DNA of 64,000 bases from Setoptus koraiensis. Lineage: Eukaryota > Animalia > Arthropoda. The stretch is taken from assembly GCA_048013815.1 (NCBI GenBank), contig CM106586.1:5704001-5768000 (forward strand). The letters run 5' to 3'. Shown piece by piece: positions 1 through 14,200 of this stretch. Made by a program: the position numbers and the translations under genes. Every line of letters starts with the position of its first letter. Position 1 is the first letter of the stretch. The notes under the pieces were generated by a model that saw nothing but the letters and a program-made list of their open reading frames with translations, did no database searches and was not told the DNA's origin.

Positions 1-1
1 T

Positions 2-1048
2 CTCAAGGTTCAGGATACGCCCCAGATGATTATATTGACATTTGACGATGCTGTCAACAATGAAAATTGGGAAATATATCAAAAGATATTCACGGCAAAC
101 AGGACAAACGGCAACGGTTGCCCCATTAAATCGACGTTCTTTTTGAGCCACGAATACACCAATTACAGACATGTTCAAAAATTGTGGAACGACGGTCACG
201 AGATAGCCATACATTCCATAACGCACAAGCAGCCCGAATTGTGGTGGACATTCAATGCAACCATGGAGGATTGGTTCGACGAGTTCGCTGGCATGGCCAA
301 CATAATACACAAATTTGCTGGCATACCATTGGACGATTTACGGGGCGTTAGAGTGCCATTTTTGCGCGTCGGCTGGAACACCCAATTGGTGATGATGAAA
401 GAATTTGGCTTCTTGTACGACTCAACCATGGTGGCCCCATCTAAAACAGGCCAGCCAAACTCCTATCCAATTTGGCCCTTCACCATGGACTATCGTATAC
501 CGCACAAGTGTCACGGTTCGCGCCAAAAGTGCCCCAGTCGCTCGTTCCCTGGCATGTGGGAGATGATTATGAACCCGTTGGACATTGAGGGTCACACTTG
601 CGCCATGGTGGACTCGTGTCCGGCCCATTTAACCGAGGACGAAATGTACGATTTGTTGCGCTCCAATTTCGAGCGACATTACACCACCAATCGGGCCCCG
701 TTCGGTTTGTATTTCCACACAATCTGGTTCAAGGAAAAGCGCAATCACAAGGCCCTGTTGAGATTCGTCGACGACATGATTAAAAAACAAGACGTCTGGT
801 TCGTGACAAACTATCAGGCCATCGAATGGATGAGGACGCCCACCTCGTTGGCGCAAATAAACAATTTCGACCCATGGAAATGTAACAAGAAAGAGATTGA
901 CGCCAATTTAATTGCCTGCAATCATCCAAACTTGTGCAAATTGAAATTCAGACAGGGCAAGGGCGAACGATACCTGTACACTTGCTTCGAGTGTCCCGAG
1001 GTATTTCCCTGGGTCAAGAACGAGTTCGGTGTAGATACACAAAAATGA
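2..1048 (+). CDS. Chitin deacetylase (carbohydrate esterase family 4, NodB domain); 5'-partial, frame open from the window start
   Basis: The frame reads LKVQDTPQ-MIILTFDDAVN upstream of the track's ATG, so it continues off-window. CE4 motifs look intact: TFDD, HSITH, RVPFL, YDST, PFGLYFH. Cys-rich C-terminus as in arthropod CDAs. Confidence 0.93.
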   Translation, partial: LKVQDTPQMIILTFDDAVNNENWEIYQKIFTANRTNGNGCPIKSTFFLSHEYTNYRHVQKLWNDGHEIAIHSITHKQPELWWTFNATMEDWFDEFAGMANIIHKFAGIPLDDLRGVRVPFLRVGWNTQLVMMKEFGFLYDSTMVAPSKTGQPNSYPIWPFTMDYRIPHKCHGSRQKCPSRSFPGMWEMIMNPLDIEGHTCAMVDSCPAHLTEDEMYDLLRSNFERHYTTNRAPFGLYFHTIWFKEKRNHKALLRFVDDMIKKQDVWFVTNYQAIEWMRTPTSLAQINNFDPWKCNKKEIDANLIACNHPNLCKLKFRQGKGERYLYTCFECPEVFPWVKNEFGVDTQK

Positions 1049-1451
1049 TGATACGACGAAGAAAAAAAAATACGACCATGATTGGCAATAACACCAGCGA
1101 GCCATAATTTCACGTGATTACGTTTTCACGACAACACACACACACACACACACATTATATTAATATTATTGCACAAACAAACAAGCACACTAATAAAAAT
1201 ATATATATATATATATAAATAACAATGATTTTACGCAGCCAATAAACACAATGGGGCCGACAGGCCAGTTGATGGGCCAGATAGATGGGCAGAGGCACAA
1301 ATTGGGCGCCAAATTTCGACGCAACAGTTATCGACATGCCAGAACTTTTTTCGCAAAATTGCGGCCAGCCAAACATCGATTGAGACGGCCTAGAGCGAGC
1401 AAGTTTTTCTGAGACAAAGTTTTTCTCGCGAGCATCATCCGAATAGCCGAA

Positions 1452-1510
1452 TTTCGGATGTTTCGGATGTTTCGGATATTTCGGATATTTCGGATATTTC
1501 GGATATTTCG
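1452..1510. repeat. 9-bp tandem repeat (TTTCGGATR), about 6.5 units
   Basis: Directly visible. Confidence 0.9.
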
Positions 1511-2096
1511 ATTATCGCCATTTTTAGCACGGGCCAGAGTCCGTGCTGAAAACCGCACAAGACTTTCAATGATCGGGCCCGAATCGTGGCCACAATATCA
1601 TGCGCCAGTCGATAGATAATTATAGGCCTGGTGAACCTCAGCCGGGTCTTGGCAGCGCCCCCGAACGAGATTCCGGCGAACTATGAGTGCATTTGTGGGG
1701 CCCGCGGGGGCCAGCTTCGGAACGAGCACACACACACAGACACTGCGTCAGTGTTTGTCTGGTGTCTGATTGTTGCGCAATCGCGTAAAAGTCAGCGGAG
1801 GCGCGCGCACAAACTCTATCTATACGGGATAGAAAATTCTTTCAGACAGTCACTTGTTCGAGCGAAATTCTTTGTTTGTTCATCCGTTGGCTCGCTGGCT
1901 CGCTGGCTCATCTATATATAGCCATTTGCGATCTAAATAGCCAAGTGTAGTTGCTATCAGCATTTGTTGCAATCAAAAGTCAAGCGAGCTCGCGCTGGCA
2001 CGTGAAACTTAGTTGTTGTGTGTGTCACAATTGTTGTTATTTAGTTTTTATCGGCAAGCAAGACAGCAAGCCTCAAGCAAGCAAGCAAGCATCACC

Positions 2097-2254
2097 ATGG
2101 CTTATAATGGCCGCAATAGTGGCGTTAACAACGCAAACGACGGCCAATTTAACAATCAAGACGACGAAGAGAGTCCCATGAAGAAAAACATAAATAATAT
2201 TTTGAATTTAGTCAAAGACGCTGTGAATAGAATAAAGCATCGGGACAAATCAGA
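2097..2254 (+). CDS. VGlut: VGlut exon 1 (MAYNG...RDKSE)
   Basis: accATGg start context; perfect donor gtaagt at 2255; phase 2 matches the next exon. No sequence homology is visible, so the assignment rests on splice logic. Confidence 0.65.
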
Positions 2255-5200
2255 GTAAGTGCCACTATCGCGGCCACCGTGCTCGCCTAAGATCGCCTAA
2301 AATCACCGCAACGGACATTTTTGCGACTAGCGCACGTTGCGATTGCCGCAAAAATCAAGTTTCTGCTACGATAAAATTATCAGATTCGCCTGCCTTTCGC
2401 TCCACTCGCAACGTGCGAAATTGTGGGCCGATTGCTGGCCCCTCGAGCGCGTCGAAAACGAGCAGTCACAGTGGCACCGATGGCAAGACAGCGAACGTTG
2501 TTACGCAACGGCGGGCCCCACAAAACAACAATCGTCTGTTCGTCTGACTCGACGGTTGACTCGAGCGCCTCACCTGAGCGAACATCGGACAGTGCGGCCA
2601 CCTAGCGACAAGGTTGGGCGGTCTTATTTATAGCATTTGTCAATTATTTGTTATTGTTTGTGCGGCTCGGTGGCATCGCGTGCCTGCCCGCGAACTGGCC
2701 GCTGGGCGCCGCTGGCCGCAACGACACGGCCGGACCCTAGTGACGCAATAAGTCGCGTTACACGCGCGTGTTTCGACGTTGTTGCGAATGCTTGTTGTTG
2801 TTGCGACTGCACGTTGTTGCGTCATTGGCGTCACACTGAACAGTCAGTGACGCAACAACGTGCAGCGCATCAACTTGCCACAACAGCACATGCAAGTTGC
2901 GCAACAGTACCACGGCTATAAATAACCGTTACTTTGGGCCGTTCGCTTGGCCAGCCAGTAGGTCAAACAGCGTGAACACGCGACAGCCAGCAAACAAGCG
3001 AGCGAGAGGCAAAGAAAATCATTATCTCTCTTTATCTATTTTTTTACGCTCAAATAGTTTGCACCACAAATGTAGCATAAACCACCGGCCCTGTCGGCGC
3101 ACTGCCACCTACTTGTTCTTGGCGACAACTGGCCGCGTTGCTGGCTCACTTGTTAGCGCCAACACTGACACAGCGCCGACACTGACATGGTTTTCCATGT
3201 CAGTGTCGGCGCGAATGGCGGCCCGCGAATGGTGGCGCCCTCTGCGCTTGCTGGCAGTTGCTTACAGTTGCGTAATCTCTTCTCTTGTCGTGTTCGTTTT
3301 CTCTGGCGTCGTGTTTGCACTGTTGCCAACACAACACGCGTATTGTTGTGGGCGGCGGCCCGTTATGGGCGCCCCCTTCGCCCAAACAACCGACGACAAG
3401 CGAGCATATAACCGCGCAATATGATGCGAGTTGCGTCATACAGCAAGTAGCATCACTGTGTGTGTGTGTGTGTGGCCAGCAATCTCTGTCAAGTAGTCAA
3501 ATGTGGTGGTTGTTGTTGTGTTGCACAACTTGCAAACAACAGCCATAATAAAACTGACGACACCAGCAACAACAAGACGACTGACATAAGGACAAGAGAT
3601 ACGCGCCACCGATAAGACACAACCGACGCGCACACGCCAATAACCTTTAACCTGCTACATCTTCATTTGGCCCCATTCGGTCCGGTGTGCGGCGGGCCCG
3701 CGCTGGCCAGTCGCGAAAGTCGCTATAGTCGCTGTGCAGCGGCTGCTGCAGTCGCTATAGCCGTTTTGCTATTTCGGTCGCTACAGTCGCCGCACAGTCG
3801 CTATAGTCGCTGTAGTCGCTGTAGTCGCTGTAGTCGCTGTAGTCGCTGTAGTCGCTATAGTCGTTTGGCTATTTTGGTCGCTATGCTCAGCATTGTATGA
3901 TGTGCCTGGGCTGTGCTGTTGTTGTGTTTTTGTGGCGTGTGTCCACTATCCATGAATGATGATAATAATGGACACGGCTCCATTGTGTTGTCCTTTTCGC
4001 CCTTGTTGTCGTTGTTATTACGTAATATAACCAACTGCAACGGCGTTGATGACAACTTGGCCGATTTGCTTTGTTCGAGCTTTGCTGGCTTGCCACCAGC
4101 GCCACCAGCGCCACTGGCGCCACCACTGTGCGCCATTATGTAATAACTGTAGTAGTTGCTGAAGTAGTTGCAGCAGCAGTGGCGCTGGTGGTTGCAACTT
4201 ATGACAAGGCAACATGATGAACATCAACTATCATGCTCATCATCTAATGTGCATTAGGCCCGCGTACACACACATTGCGTCATTTGCGAGCAGTTGCAAC
4301 TTGCAAGCAAAGCAAGCGTAATGGCGCCACTATGCACTCACTAACATGTAACCGTGGGTGTCTTTGTATTTGGGGCCCTGCATTTTCTTAGCGCCCTTTC
4401 TGGTGCTTTATGGCTTATATAGGTTACGTAATGCTCGCCGTGTTAACGAGCTACACAAAAGTGACTTGCTGCTGCGTGAATCAAATCTTGCCAGTGTAGC
4501 CAAAGATGATGGCGGCCGGCCGGCCGGCCCGCCCGCCCGACTAGCACCGCGCCCAAACATTCTTGTTTTACTCACACTGAACAATCTCGCAAATTCACAA
4601 CTGAATTCTAGAATTTCTCCAATTCGTCACCGCTCGCAAGCGCTCTCGTGCGTGCCCGTTTCCGGCGCCACTCGCTCATTTTACTCGCTCATTTTACTCG
4701 CTCATCTGGCTCGCTCGTTTGGCGTGGGCACCCCAGTCGGGATTTATTTAAAGCCCCGCTGGTGCTTGTATCGGCATGCAGCCAGACCGGCGGCTCAAAT
4801 GTATTATCAAATGTATTGTCAAATGTATTATCAAATCCATCTCGAGTCGCCAGACGAGAGTTGATTTAGCAAGCGAGCTGTCGAATTGCCGCACTGTGTT
4901 GAGAATGTGTATTCTAGGCACTTGTCGGTTTCAGTTGGCGTGCCCAGCCATTGCCCAGCGGAAATGCGAGGGTTTTAAACAGGCGACTGCTACACGAACT
5001 CGCATCTCGGGCCTCACAAAGGGCACTCTCACCTGTCGGCCGTGCATTCAAGTCAAAGTTCACCCATCAAGCATCAAATATGGCTCTGCGTCGAATGCGC
5101 CCATGAATATAACCACCAAAATGCCAGATATGTCGCACAAGCTGAACATGGCGCCCAATATTGGAATGCGTAAAAGAATATGCGTGACACGAGGAATGGC

Positions 5201-8200
5201 CCCGTCGATTTGATTTATCTTGGGCGCCACTGTGTGTGTCTCATTGTACTGTATGAACTCTATGTATGGCTGCCGCTGGTCGATCATCGACACCAGCAAA
5301 CAAACCCTCAATTTCCATCGTCAGTGTGTGCTTGCGGCACACACACGCACCGATTACGCAATGTTTATGGTGGGCCCATTTGTTCGTGAACAACCGAATC
5401 GATTTTTGTCGTTTGGGCGACAACCTTGCCTGGGGTTCGGATGAGGTTTGGATGAGGTTTGGATTGGGTCGCGCTTTTCCGGTCTTGCCGATCTTTGGGG
5501 GTATTTTTCTTGGCGATTTGGCCATTTTTCTGCACCACACAATCGAGTAAGATCGCACACGAAGAATTGTCGCGTTGTGTATCTTGCAATTAAGTTACAA
5601 TTATGTCATGTGACGTCGGCACTGTACATTGATTGGGCCCCATTGATTCTCGTAAGTCACGCACAGTCGCAATTGCCGACGGCTAAACAACTCGCCAACT
5701 GGCTACGGATGGCAAAAAATTCAGTCAGTGACAGCAACAAGACAAGACAAGACAAAGTTAATGCACTCACGCACTCGGGCCCCAATCCGATGGATTGCGT
5801 CACGGAGCTGGCGACTTGACGCAATCCATCGGACGCTCGAAGGCGAACCGTGCGCCACAACACGGATATGTGTGTTTGTATTAGGCACTGCAATGTCGCT
5901 TGATTCAATTTCGCCTGATTCGATTTCGTCGTTTGATTTGATTCAATTGGCCAATATCATCACTGGCACTTTGTTACCTGTGTGAGTCGGCCAGTGACGA
6001 TTGATGGCAGACGAATCACCAACGGCAACGTAAGGCTGCCAAAGTAAGTCAATTATCGCGCGCAAGTAACTTATCGCCAGCGGGCCCGAGGCCCGAAGAT
6101 CGCCAGCGATAATAGTCCCACGATGGGCTGATAGATGGACAGATATGATGTTGTCGACATAAGTGGCTCCGGTCGAGCCAAAAGCGAGGGCCCGCTCACT
6201 CGTGGCGGCTCCACGACGAGCGAGCCATTCTACTGATCGACCAGACTGACGCGATGACGGGGGCCATCAGTCCAATCATCGCCGATATGTGTTTAAATTG
6301 CCCATGTCGCTGTCACCTGACTTGCACGATCTAGGCACAATGGCTGCCATTAACCGTTGACTTTCGCGCCGTCCGACCGCCACTTGGGCCGGCCGAGTCG
6401 CCGGTGAGTTTGGGCCCCAAAATTGGGGCCCAAACTCACCTGACCGGCTCTCTCTTTTCCTGTTTTCGCTGGATGTTTGCCCGCTGTTGCCCCCTAGTCA
6501 GCAAGTGGACCGGCAGTTAATGGGCACGCTCTTGAAACCATTAAAATATGCCCAAAATCATGGCCGGCCTAATGGATTGGTGTCGTATTTATTCATCGAT
6601 TGCGCCAGATCGCATTGCTGGCTCGCCTGGGTCGAGGAGATGGATTTTTGCCGAATAAATGCATATCAATGCTCGCTGTTGGCTGCGATAATGATCAGCT
6701 GACTCGGCATAAATCTAATCTGTTTGTTTCGCTAATGGATGCCAGCCGAATCGGATTCGGCCAGCCAATGCTGCGAATCCGATTCCCGAGCAAACCAATC
6801 ACTAGCACTGGTAATGGGTATTGGGTATTGGGTTATTTAGCGTAGATGGTGTGTTCATTAGACATGCAAACAACAGTGATTGTCGTCTTTCATTGTTTAC
6901 AACAGAATACGTCAGATAGGCTGTATCTGACACACTGTATCGCTATGCACCAAGTCGTGACGGCGCCCATCAACAGAATGAACTTTGCCGATATTTATTA
7001 TTCATGAACATTTCCAATTGAACTTTGTTCATGGATTGTCGCATCGCGCTGATGTTTATCGTTTAGCGCACTATTGCTATATATATACCCGATATATGTA
7101 CCCGATATATGTACCCGATATATATACCCGATATATATACACATATATGTCTATATATACCCGATGAGCGCCCGTTCGAAACGTGGGCCCCACGTCCATA
7201 AATCAATTTTTATGTGCACAAACAAATATTGCAAAAATGCGAGCAAACACGCAAATAAGCACGAAAATAAGCCACAACGAAATAATAATAGGTCCACTTT
7301 CCAGGAACCGCGAAAACCAACTAACCTCGCTATTTATATCTTTTCGTTGCACCATGAATCTCGATCGTTTTAGGCGCCTCTTCGACGAAACCGAACAGGA
7401 TGGCGACATCCACGAACTACAACAGAATGGACAATCAACTGGTGACAAGTAAGTGCCGCTTGCAGCTTTTTTGGCTACCCATCGATGGTCTCGAATCGAT
7501 AGTCTCGATCAAAAATGCTGCGCCCAGTGTATGCTACTTTGTGACTGGCGCGGCCTCCGATCGAGCGGAAAACGGGCCCACGTAATAACATGAGCGCGAT
7601 TTTATATTGTTACGAATCAAACCATTAATAGATCTATCACCTATTCAACGAGCCAGCTCAGTGGCGGCTCATGGCGGCAGATTTGCTTGGTTCGGCAGCG
7701 AAATGTCAATTTCATCAGTGTATCAGCGATCTGGGAGAGCGAGTGAATTTTCGCGCATAAACCAATCCATTCGCTTAATTGATGAGATAATCTCTCGTAT
7801 GATCGCTCGAATAATCTCAGTTAGTCAGTATATCACCGCTGCGACAAACTGCTATCAGCAGTGTGTGCTTATCGGATATTACGGTGGCTTTATGCGTTGT
7901 GCTCATGTTCGCGTTATATCAACCGAACCGGACCAGCCAATGAATAACTGAACTATAAATACGACCGCATTACTTGCCGTATGCATGATTGCCGCACTGC
8001 TGGTCCAATCTGCTCAAATGGGTCACATAAAGTCACCAGATGCAGCTAACGCAAACCGGCAAGCGAGCTGGTTTGCCGCCAATCGGCAAGGTAATACGTA
8101 AAAGTAATTAGCGCTAATGATGCGGCCAACCAGAAGCGAATTTAATTCCGTAGCGCAGCTACAACGACAATGACATTTAATTCGCTTCTCGCAAACACTA

Positions 8201-11200
8201 ATTATCCGAATATTGCACTGGGTCAATTTAATCATGATGGCGATTCGAGCAACAAGACATTCAATTTCAGATAGGCCCCAGATGAAGCGATTCGGGCCAC
8301 ATCCGATATATATATATCTTATATATATCTGTATCTGGCAACACGAGGCCACTGTTGTCTCGGCAAGACAATGTCGGCGGCTAGCCAATATTCGCAATTG
8401 ACCAGATAGGCAATAATAATCACAATTATCTGGTCATATTCATGCCAGCGAAAGCTGACGCGATGCTATTATGGCTCTATTACGTATCATCATGTGATAA
8501 GTGCTGTATGTGTCTCGATGTGCGCTTATCCGCGCCGATGCAAGTTCACCAACCACTCGTCCTAATCACTCGATAGCTTCATCTGGGGGCGACTTATGAA
8601 TTTCTTGTTTTCTGTCAATGTTCGTGTGTGCCAATCTCGGTTCCATTTTCGGTTCAGTCTAGCGGAAACGCGCTGCGCAACTGTCCGACGTGCACGTTAC
8701 GCGCGGCCATATATTTCGGGGCCCATTGTTTTGTGGAAATGGTCGTCGGAACAGGCAAGCGCGCAAGTTTGCAGTGCCCGCCAACTTGAAATGAAATAGC
8801 CAGTCATAATGCTTTTTATGGGCCCCGCAAGCAGCCAGCCAGCCAGCCAACCAGCCAGTATTGAGCGCAATTACTTAATTGATTATGTTGGAAAATTGTA
8901 AACAACAAGTACGAACGGGACCCCAAGCTTCTAACGTGTTACCAGCACGATGTCAGCGCTCTGTTTCTGTCTTTTCCGCGTTTCCCCTTTTCCGTGCTGC
9001 CTCTTTTCGGGATCCTTCTCCTCTTTTTGGCCCCTTTGCCCGGCTTCTCCGCTTCTTTTTGGCCTCTGTGCCGATTTTTTCCGCTTCTTTTTGGCGCTGT
9101 GTTTTTTTTTCGCCGCTCGCCGCTGCCCTCTATGCTTGACTGCCGTTTCATCTGCTCTTACATTTGTCATGGCGACGCATAGATTCATTTTCACATAGTG
9201 CCACAACGTGCAACCAATTACCTATTGTTGGCGGCCATTTACAGGACAGATAACCGAGCGCCACCATTAGCCTGTAATGGAATTTCGGTGCCGAGGCTCG
9301 CCATTTCGTTGGCCATGTTTTTTCTGTCGAAGCGTGTTCAATACGTGCACTTGAGTGCTAACAACATTTTTTATTTCACGTGGCCCGCACGAAATCTTGT
9401 CACTGTTCCTGCGGTCTCACAGGAAATGTGGCCACTGACACACATTAGCAATTTTGGCGAAATTTCGCCACCGCCAACCAGTGAAACCGGCAACTTTTGC
9501 GCCCTTTTCGGACCTTTTTCGCCAACTCACTCAGATGCATGTCAACGGTGGCTAGACACGCTGAAAGGTCAATAATGTACGCGCAAGTCTGCCGCTTTGT
9601 TTCCGCTCTGCGCCAGCGGATATTGGCTAATTTGAACCAATTTCAGTTGGCGCACAACAAATATCGCCGGCAATAATCTCACAACTACTTAAATGTCGCC
9701 ACCGTTGGTCGCTGGCCATCGCGTCCGGCCGCGCTGAAGTGCGGCCCGAGTTGTGGGCGGCCAGCGTTGGGCGCCAAATGACGAAGATGTGTCCGACTGT
9801 AAACTATTGGCCCGGTGGCGCCCCAAAGCGGATCAGCGGATTAGCGGTATTTTATGGGGTTTGCGCTACGTCATTGACAGTGATCGCCGCCAAATGAGCG
9901 CCCCAACCAACCAATAGCTGGCCACAGCGAAATGAATCTGACGCGGCTCGCTGGTTGCTCGTCTCATTTGCGTCGTCTAGACATTACGTGGCTACCGGCT
10001 ATCGCGTTAATACATTTTTGTCGCCCTATACAATGGTGTGTGTTGGCGTGGGTGGATTAGCTGCGAGCTGCCAGATAGGAACGTCGAGCGACCAACGACG
10101 TCAGCAAACCAAATCAACCGCTGGACAGCTGCACACAAATTGACAGTTGCAGATAAACAGATATACGCTCAGATATATCTGTGTATATATAGCGCAGTAT
10201 GGCACCCCTACTGGCCAGCGCTATGGCCGTAATAATGATCCGCTGAATGGCTAAATTGAATTATTTGGGGCCCATCGGCACGACGCTGGCCGACGCTTGT
10301 GGCCGAAGTGTTTGTGTGTGTGTGTGTGCCTTCGACACTGAAGTAGCCAGCGCCAATTGATGTCAGCAGAGTATCAATGAATGGCCTTGATGGCCAGTTT
10401 CTGATTGCTCAAAAAGGGGGGACTCGCACAACTCGACAGTGTCGGCCCGCGACCTAAACCTTTCCAACTGGCCGCCGCTGTTTGCCGTTTGTCTGGGCCC
10501 GAAACAGCCAAACGGCAAATGGCAAATGGCAAACAGCACGAACAGGCAACCATAATCCCAAAGGCGAGACAGGGGCCCCCGAAATACGCATTAAGATTAA
10601 ATCCAATAGTGTATTCAGGTCACGCCAGTGGCGTTGCGCCTCTTTTCGGCCCATGAATTTCGCTCCGAAATCTATTTCTATGCGAGCTTTCTGGCTCGTG
10701 TTGAGCGAAACGCCGCCTGGGCGAAAACGAGCAGCCAAAAATGAAATTTCGGCTGCCTGTTTTCATTGTGGCTCGGCCCCACTGGCGCCCCACTCGCGCC
10801 ACTCACGGCGGCCTGAAGAGCCCGTTGAGTCAACGGCGTTGACTTCGCCAGAGTCACTCTGGCACCATCTCGAGAACTCTCTTCAGCACACAAGTTAACA
10901 AAATGGTTATTTTTTACCACTTGCCACCATTGTCTTGCCCCCCTTGTGTTTGCGGGGCCGGCGAGATGTTGCAAATATAACAACAGCGACAACAACACGA
11001 AACATGAGACACCGACAACACAATACCTACAATGATTGAGTGTGTAACGGGGCAAACTGTCAGCCGGCTCACCTGAGCGACCCTGTGCCTTCAGTCAGCG
11101 AGGTTCGGTGGCGCCCCAGCGAGATTCGTGCGGCTCGATCTGGACACGCAAGTGTCAGCTAAACAGCACAAAAACTAACCCGAAACTTTTCTTTCTTCTC

Positions 11201-14200
11201 GTCCACAACTGCCAACACAATTTTGCAATTCAAAAACGGATAAAAAATCCGTCTGTTTTGCCATGGCAAACTGACAACGCCGGATCAACCCGAAATTCAC
11301 AACAAACCGACCCGACGCCACCACACAGACTAAACGCCTTCAAGGGATTCAAGCCCGCCAAGGGCGCCGGCCAGACGACGGCCGACACCTTCCAAAAGTC
11401 GGCCTACGAGCGCTTTCTAGAGCCAAATTGTTCATTTTGTGATTCATTCCTATCAAAACGATATCAAATTGCTCTATTATCATCCATTGGTTTCCTTATA
11501 TCATTTGGCATCAGATGCAATTTAGGTGTTGCCATTATCAAAATGACTAGCCCCGTCACCACCGAAGACAATCAAATAATCGTGAGTATCGTCGCCTCGG
11601 TTCGGCCCCTGTTTGCTTGAGCATCCGTCCACGGAAACAGAGGCCAAACTGGGCCCCGAAATCTGCCCGCACTAGTTCATCTTTTCTCTGGCTCGCTGGC
11701 GTCGCATCGGTGCGTGTGCCCGGCGAACTTGATCAATTTCGAATCAGTTCGGAGCGTACGTGAAGTAGCTAAAAACAAGATTAATCCCGCGGCGAACCGC
11801 GTCGATTTTCGTCGCCCATTCCACACAAAAGGAGAGTTTCGATGCCAAGTTTCAACTTTGTCGTCGGTCGCCTTCGGAAACTGCACGTTCAAGACGCGGC
11901 GGCGCGCAGTTTCCGAAGGCTCGACGCGGGCCCAATGGATCGTTCGTTTCGCTCGCTCTCGAGCCGTGCCAAGTGAGCTCGAGGGAGCCCCGCTGCGTGT
12001 CGAAACCTATAAACGGCGCTATGTGTCTAAATAAACACACACACACAATCAACTACCGCATCTTTATTGAATGTTGCTGGGCCTTAATGGCTCAAACAAC
12101 AACGGCAATTGTTGTTCGATTCGCTCTCGTCTGGAACAATGAAACCATCGAGTGCCACCGTGTATCAGTGGGCAATTGTTGTTTCTTGGCGGTCGCTGGC
12201 TCGCCAATCTACTCGCCAGCAGTGGGCGACTTTGTTCCGGTGACAATTTCCCCATTTGCGCTGGCCGCGACACGAAGAGGTTTAAATGAGAGCAGCCAAT
12301 AGGAAGGCGAAAAAAAGAAGGAAAAAAACAGAGAGCGATGACAAGTTGAAAATGGATTTATTATTACTATTATCGCAGCGCCAATCTCTGTCTGTCTGTT
12401 TTTCTTTCTCTGGCCCACGGACTCTGGGAGACAGCAGAGAAGTGCTGCAAATCGCATTGGGCCGGATGGGCCGCATTCGCTACTGTCACCACTGGCTCTA
12501 GCGAGCAAAGTGATGGGCACAATTTACAATATACACCCACGACGACGCCGACGACGACGACGACGATTCGAAAAGAAATGAAATGGCGCCCATTGATGGC
12601 TTTGGAACGGGCGCATTCGCTTGCGTTGCAACGTTGCCCGGCTCCGAATTTGTGGAAGCGAGGCCGTTCTTTATGTCGCCGTTGGAGCTACTTCGCTCTC
12701 ACTTACTCTGTCACCGCATAGCAGCACGTGGCAAAGGGGATATAGCCGGCCACGTGCTAGGCTCGCCCGGGACGAACGTCAGAATGGCAGAACGGCAAAG
12801 CGGCACAACGAGCGACAGAGATCTGACTGAGTGATTGCGACCATGGCCATGAGTTGGCCTAGTTGAGATGTTGGCAATGTTGCCGTTGGGTTCTTTATCT
12901 CGGATCAAATCTCTCGCTGCTCTATCTGTTCATTTATCTCTGTCTTGTGTTGTTGTTATTATTATTATTATTATTACCATTATACGCGTGCAACTCAATC
13001 ATTGCACGCGATGCAACGATGCAATAATGAAGAAGCTGCACGGATATTGCGCAACAACAACTACCGATTTGATCTACAATCGGCCGGCGATTGCAGCGCC
13101 GGCCCGACCAATTACGACAACGACGACAATTGACATTATGAATTTCAACATTCAATTTCCTGAACCCGTCTGACCTGCCACACGACACTTGGGGCGCTGA
13201 GCTCGAGCCAAGTTTGGCCCACTTGCCGCGTTATTGCCAGGTACCGCGGCCGCTCGAGGCCGTCCGAGGCCGTTCGCGAAGCGCTGGCCACCTCTCGGTT
13301 CGCCCGTGGTGCCGAAGCGATGCCGCGACACGCTTCGCTACCTGGCGCGGTTACTCTGCAGGCCGAGTGTGGCCCTGCAACTCGCAACTTGCAAGTGCAG
13401 CCAGCGAATACAGAAAATACATGCAAAGAGGGGCCCGAAAAGCAGAGAAAAAATGCCGCGGTTCGCAGATCGCCGCATATTTGCATCCACTAGAGTCCAG
13501 TGCACCAGACTCCAGTGACTAGAGGGACGTGGGGCCAATATAATCTCATTGCGAATTGCCGAGCACTGGGGCCCGCAGCGCAGTTACGGTGCCATTCGGA
13601 CGGTAACTGCATAACTGGATGACTGGATCGGTGATCACACGGACGGGCGGCGCGATAATGGCACCAACAACGATCTTGATAATCATGTGATGATGAATGA
13701 ATTAACATAGATACAATGTGGCCGCCACAATAGTTCAGGCTGGCTGGCTGGCTGGCCCCCGCGAACAGACAGTGCGGCTAATGAGTTTTCGTTGTGTGTA
13801 CGCTCGAAAACAACAACGCCAACAACAAAGCAATTACGTAATCAGCGATCAATGGTTGGCCAGCCATTGGGAGCATTGGCTTGCCGACTTGTTTGTGTTT
13901 GCGTTTGTGTGTCACTCTGTCAGCTCTGCCGCCTCGCCCTCTTTCGAAGCGAAGCCCGACAGAGGGAGACAGAGAGAGAGAGGGAGACAGAGAGGGAGCT
14001 GGCTTCGCTTCTGTTGTTTGCTCGTCGCGCCAATGGGGCTCTATTGGCTTTGTTGGCTCGCTCTCTCTCTCTCTCTCTATTGGACAGTCTCCGCCGAGAT
14101 AATAATTTCGTTGTTTGTTGTGGGCGATGGGGCGCCAAAGACCTGACACAACAGACAGCGCCTGTAGCGGGCCGAGTGTAGCACCACTCGACACTATTTG

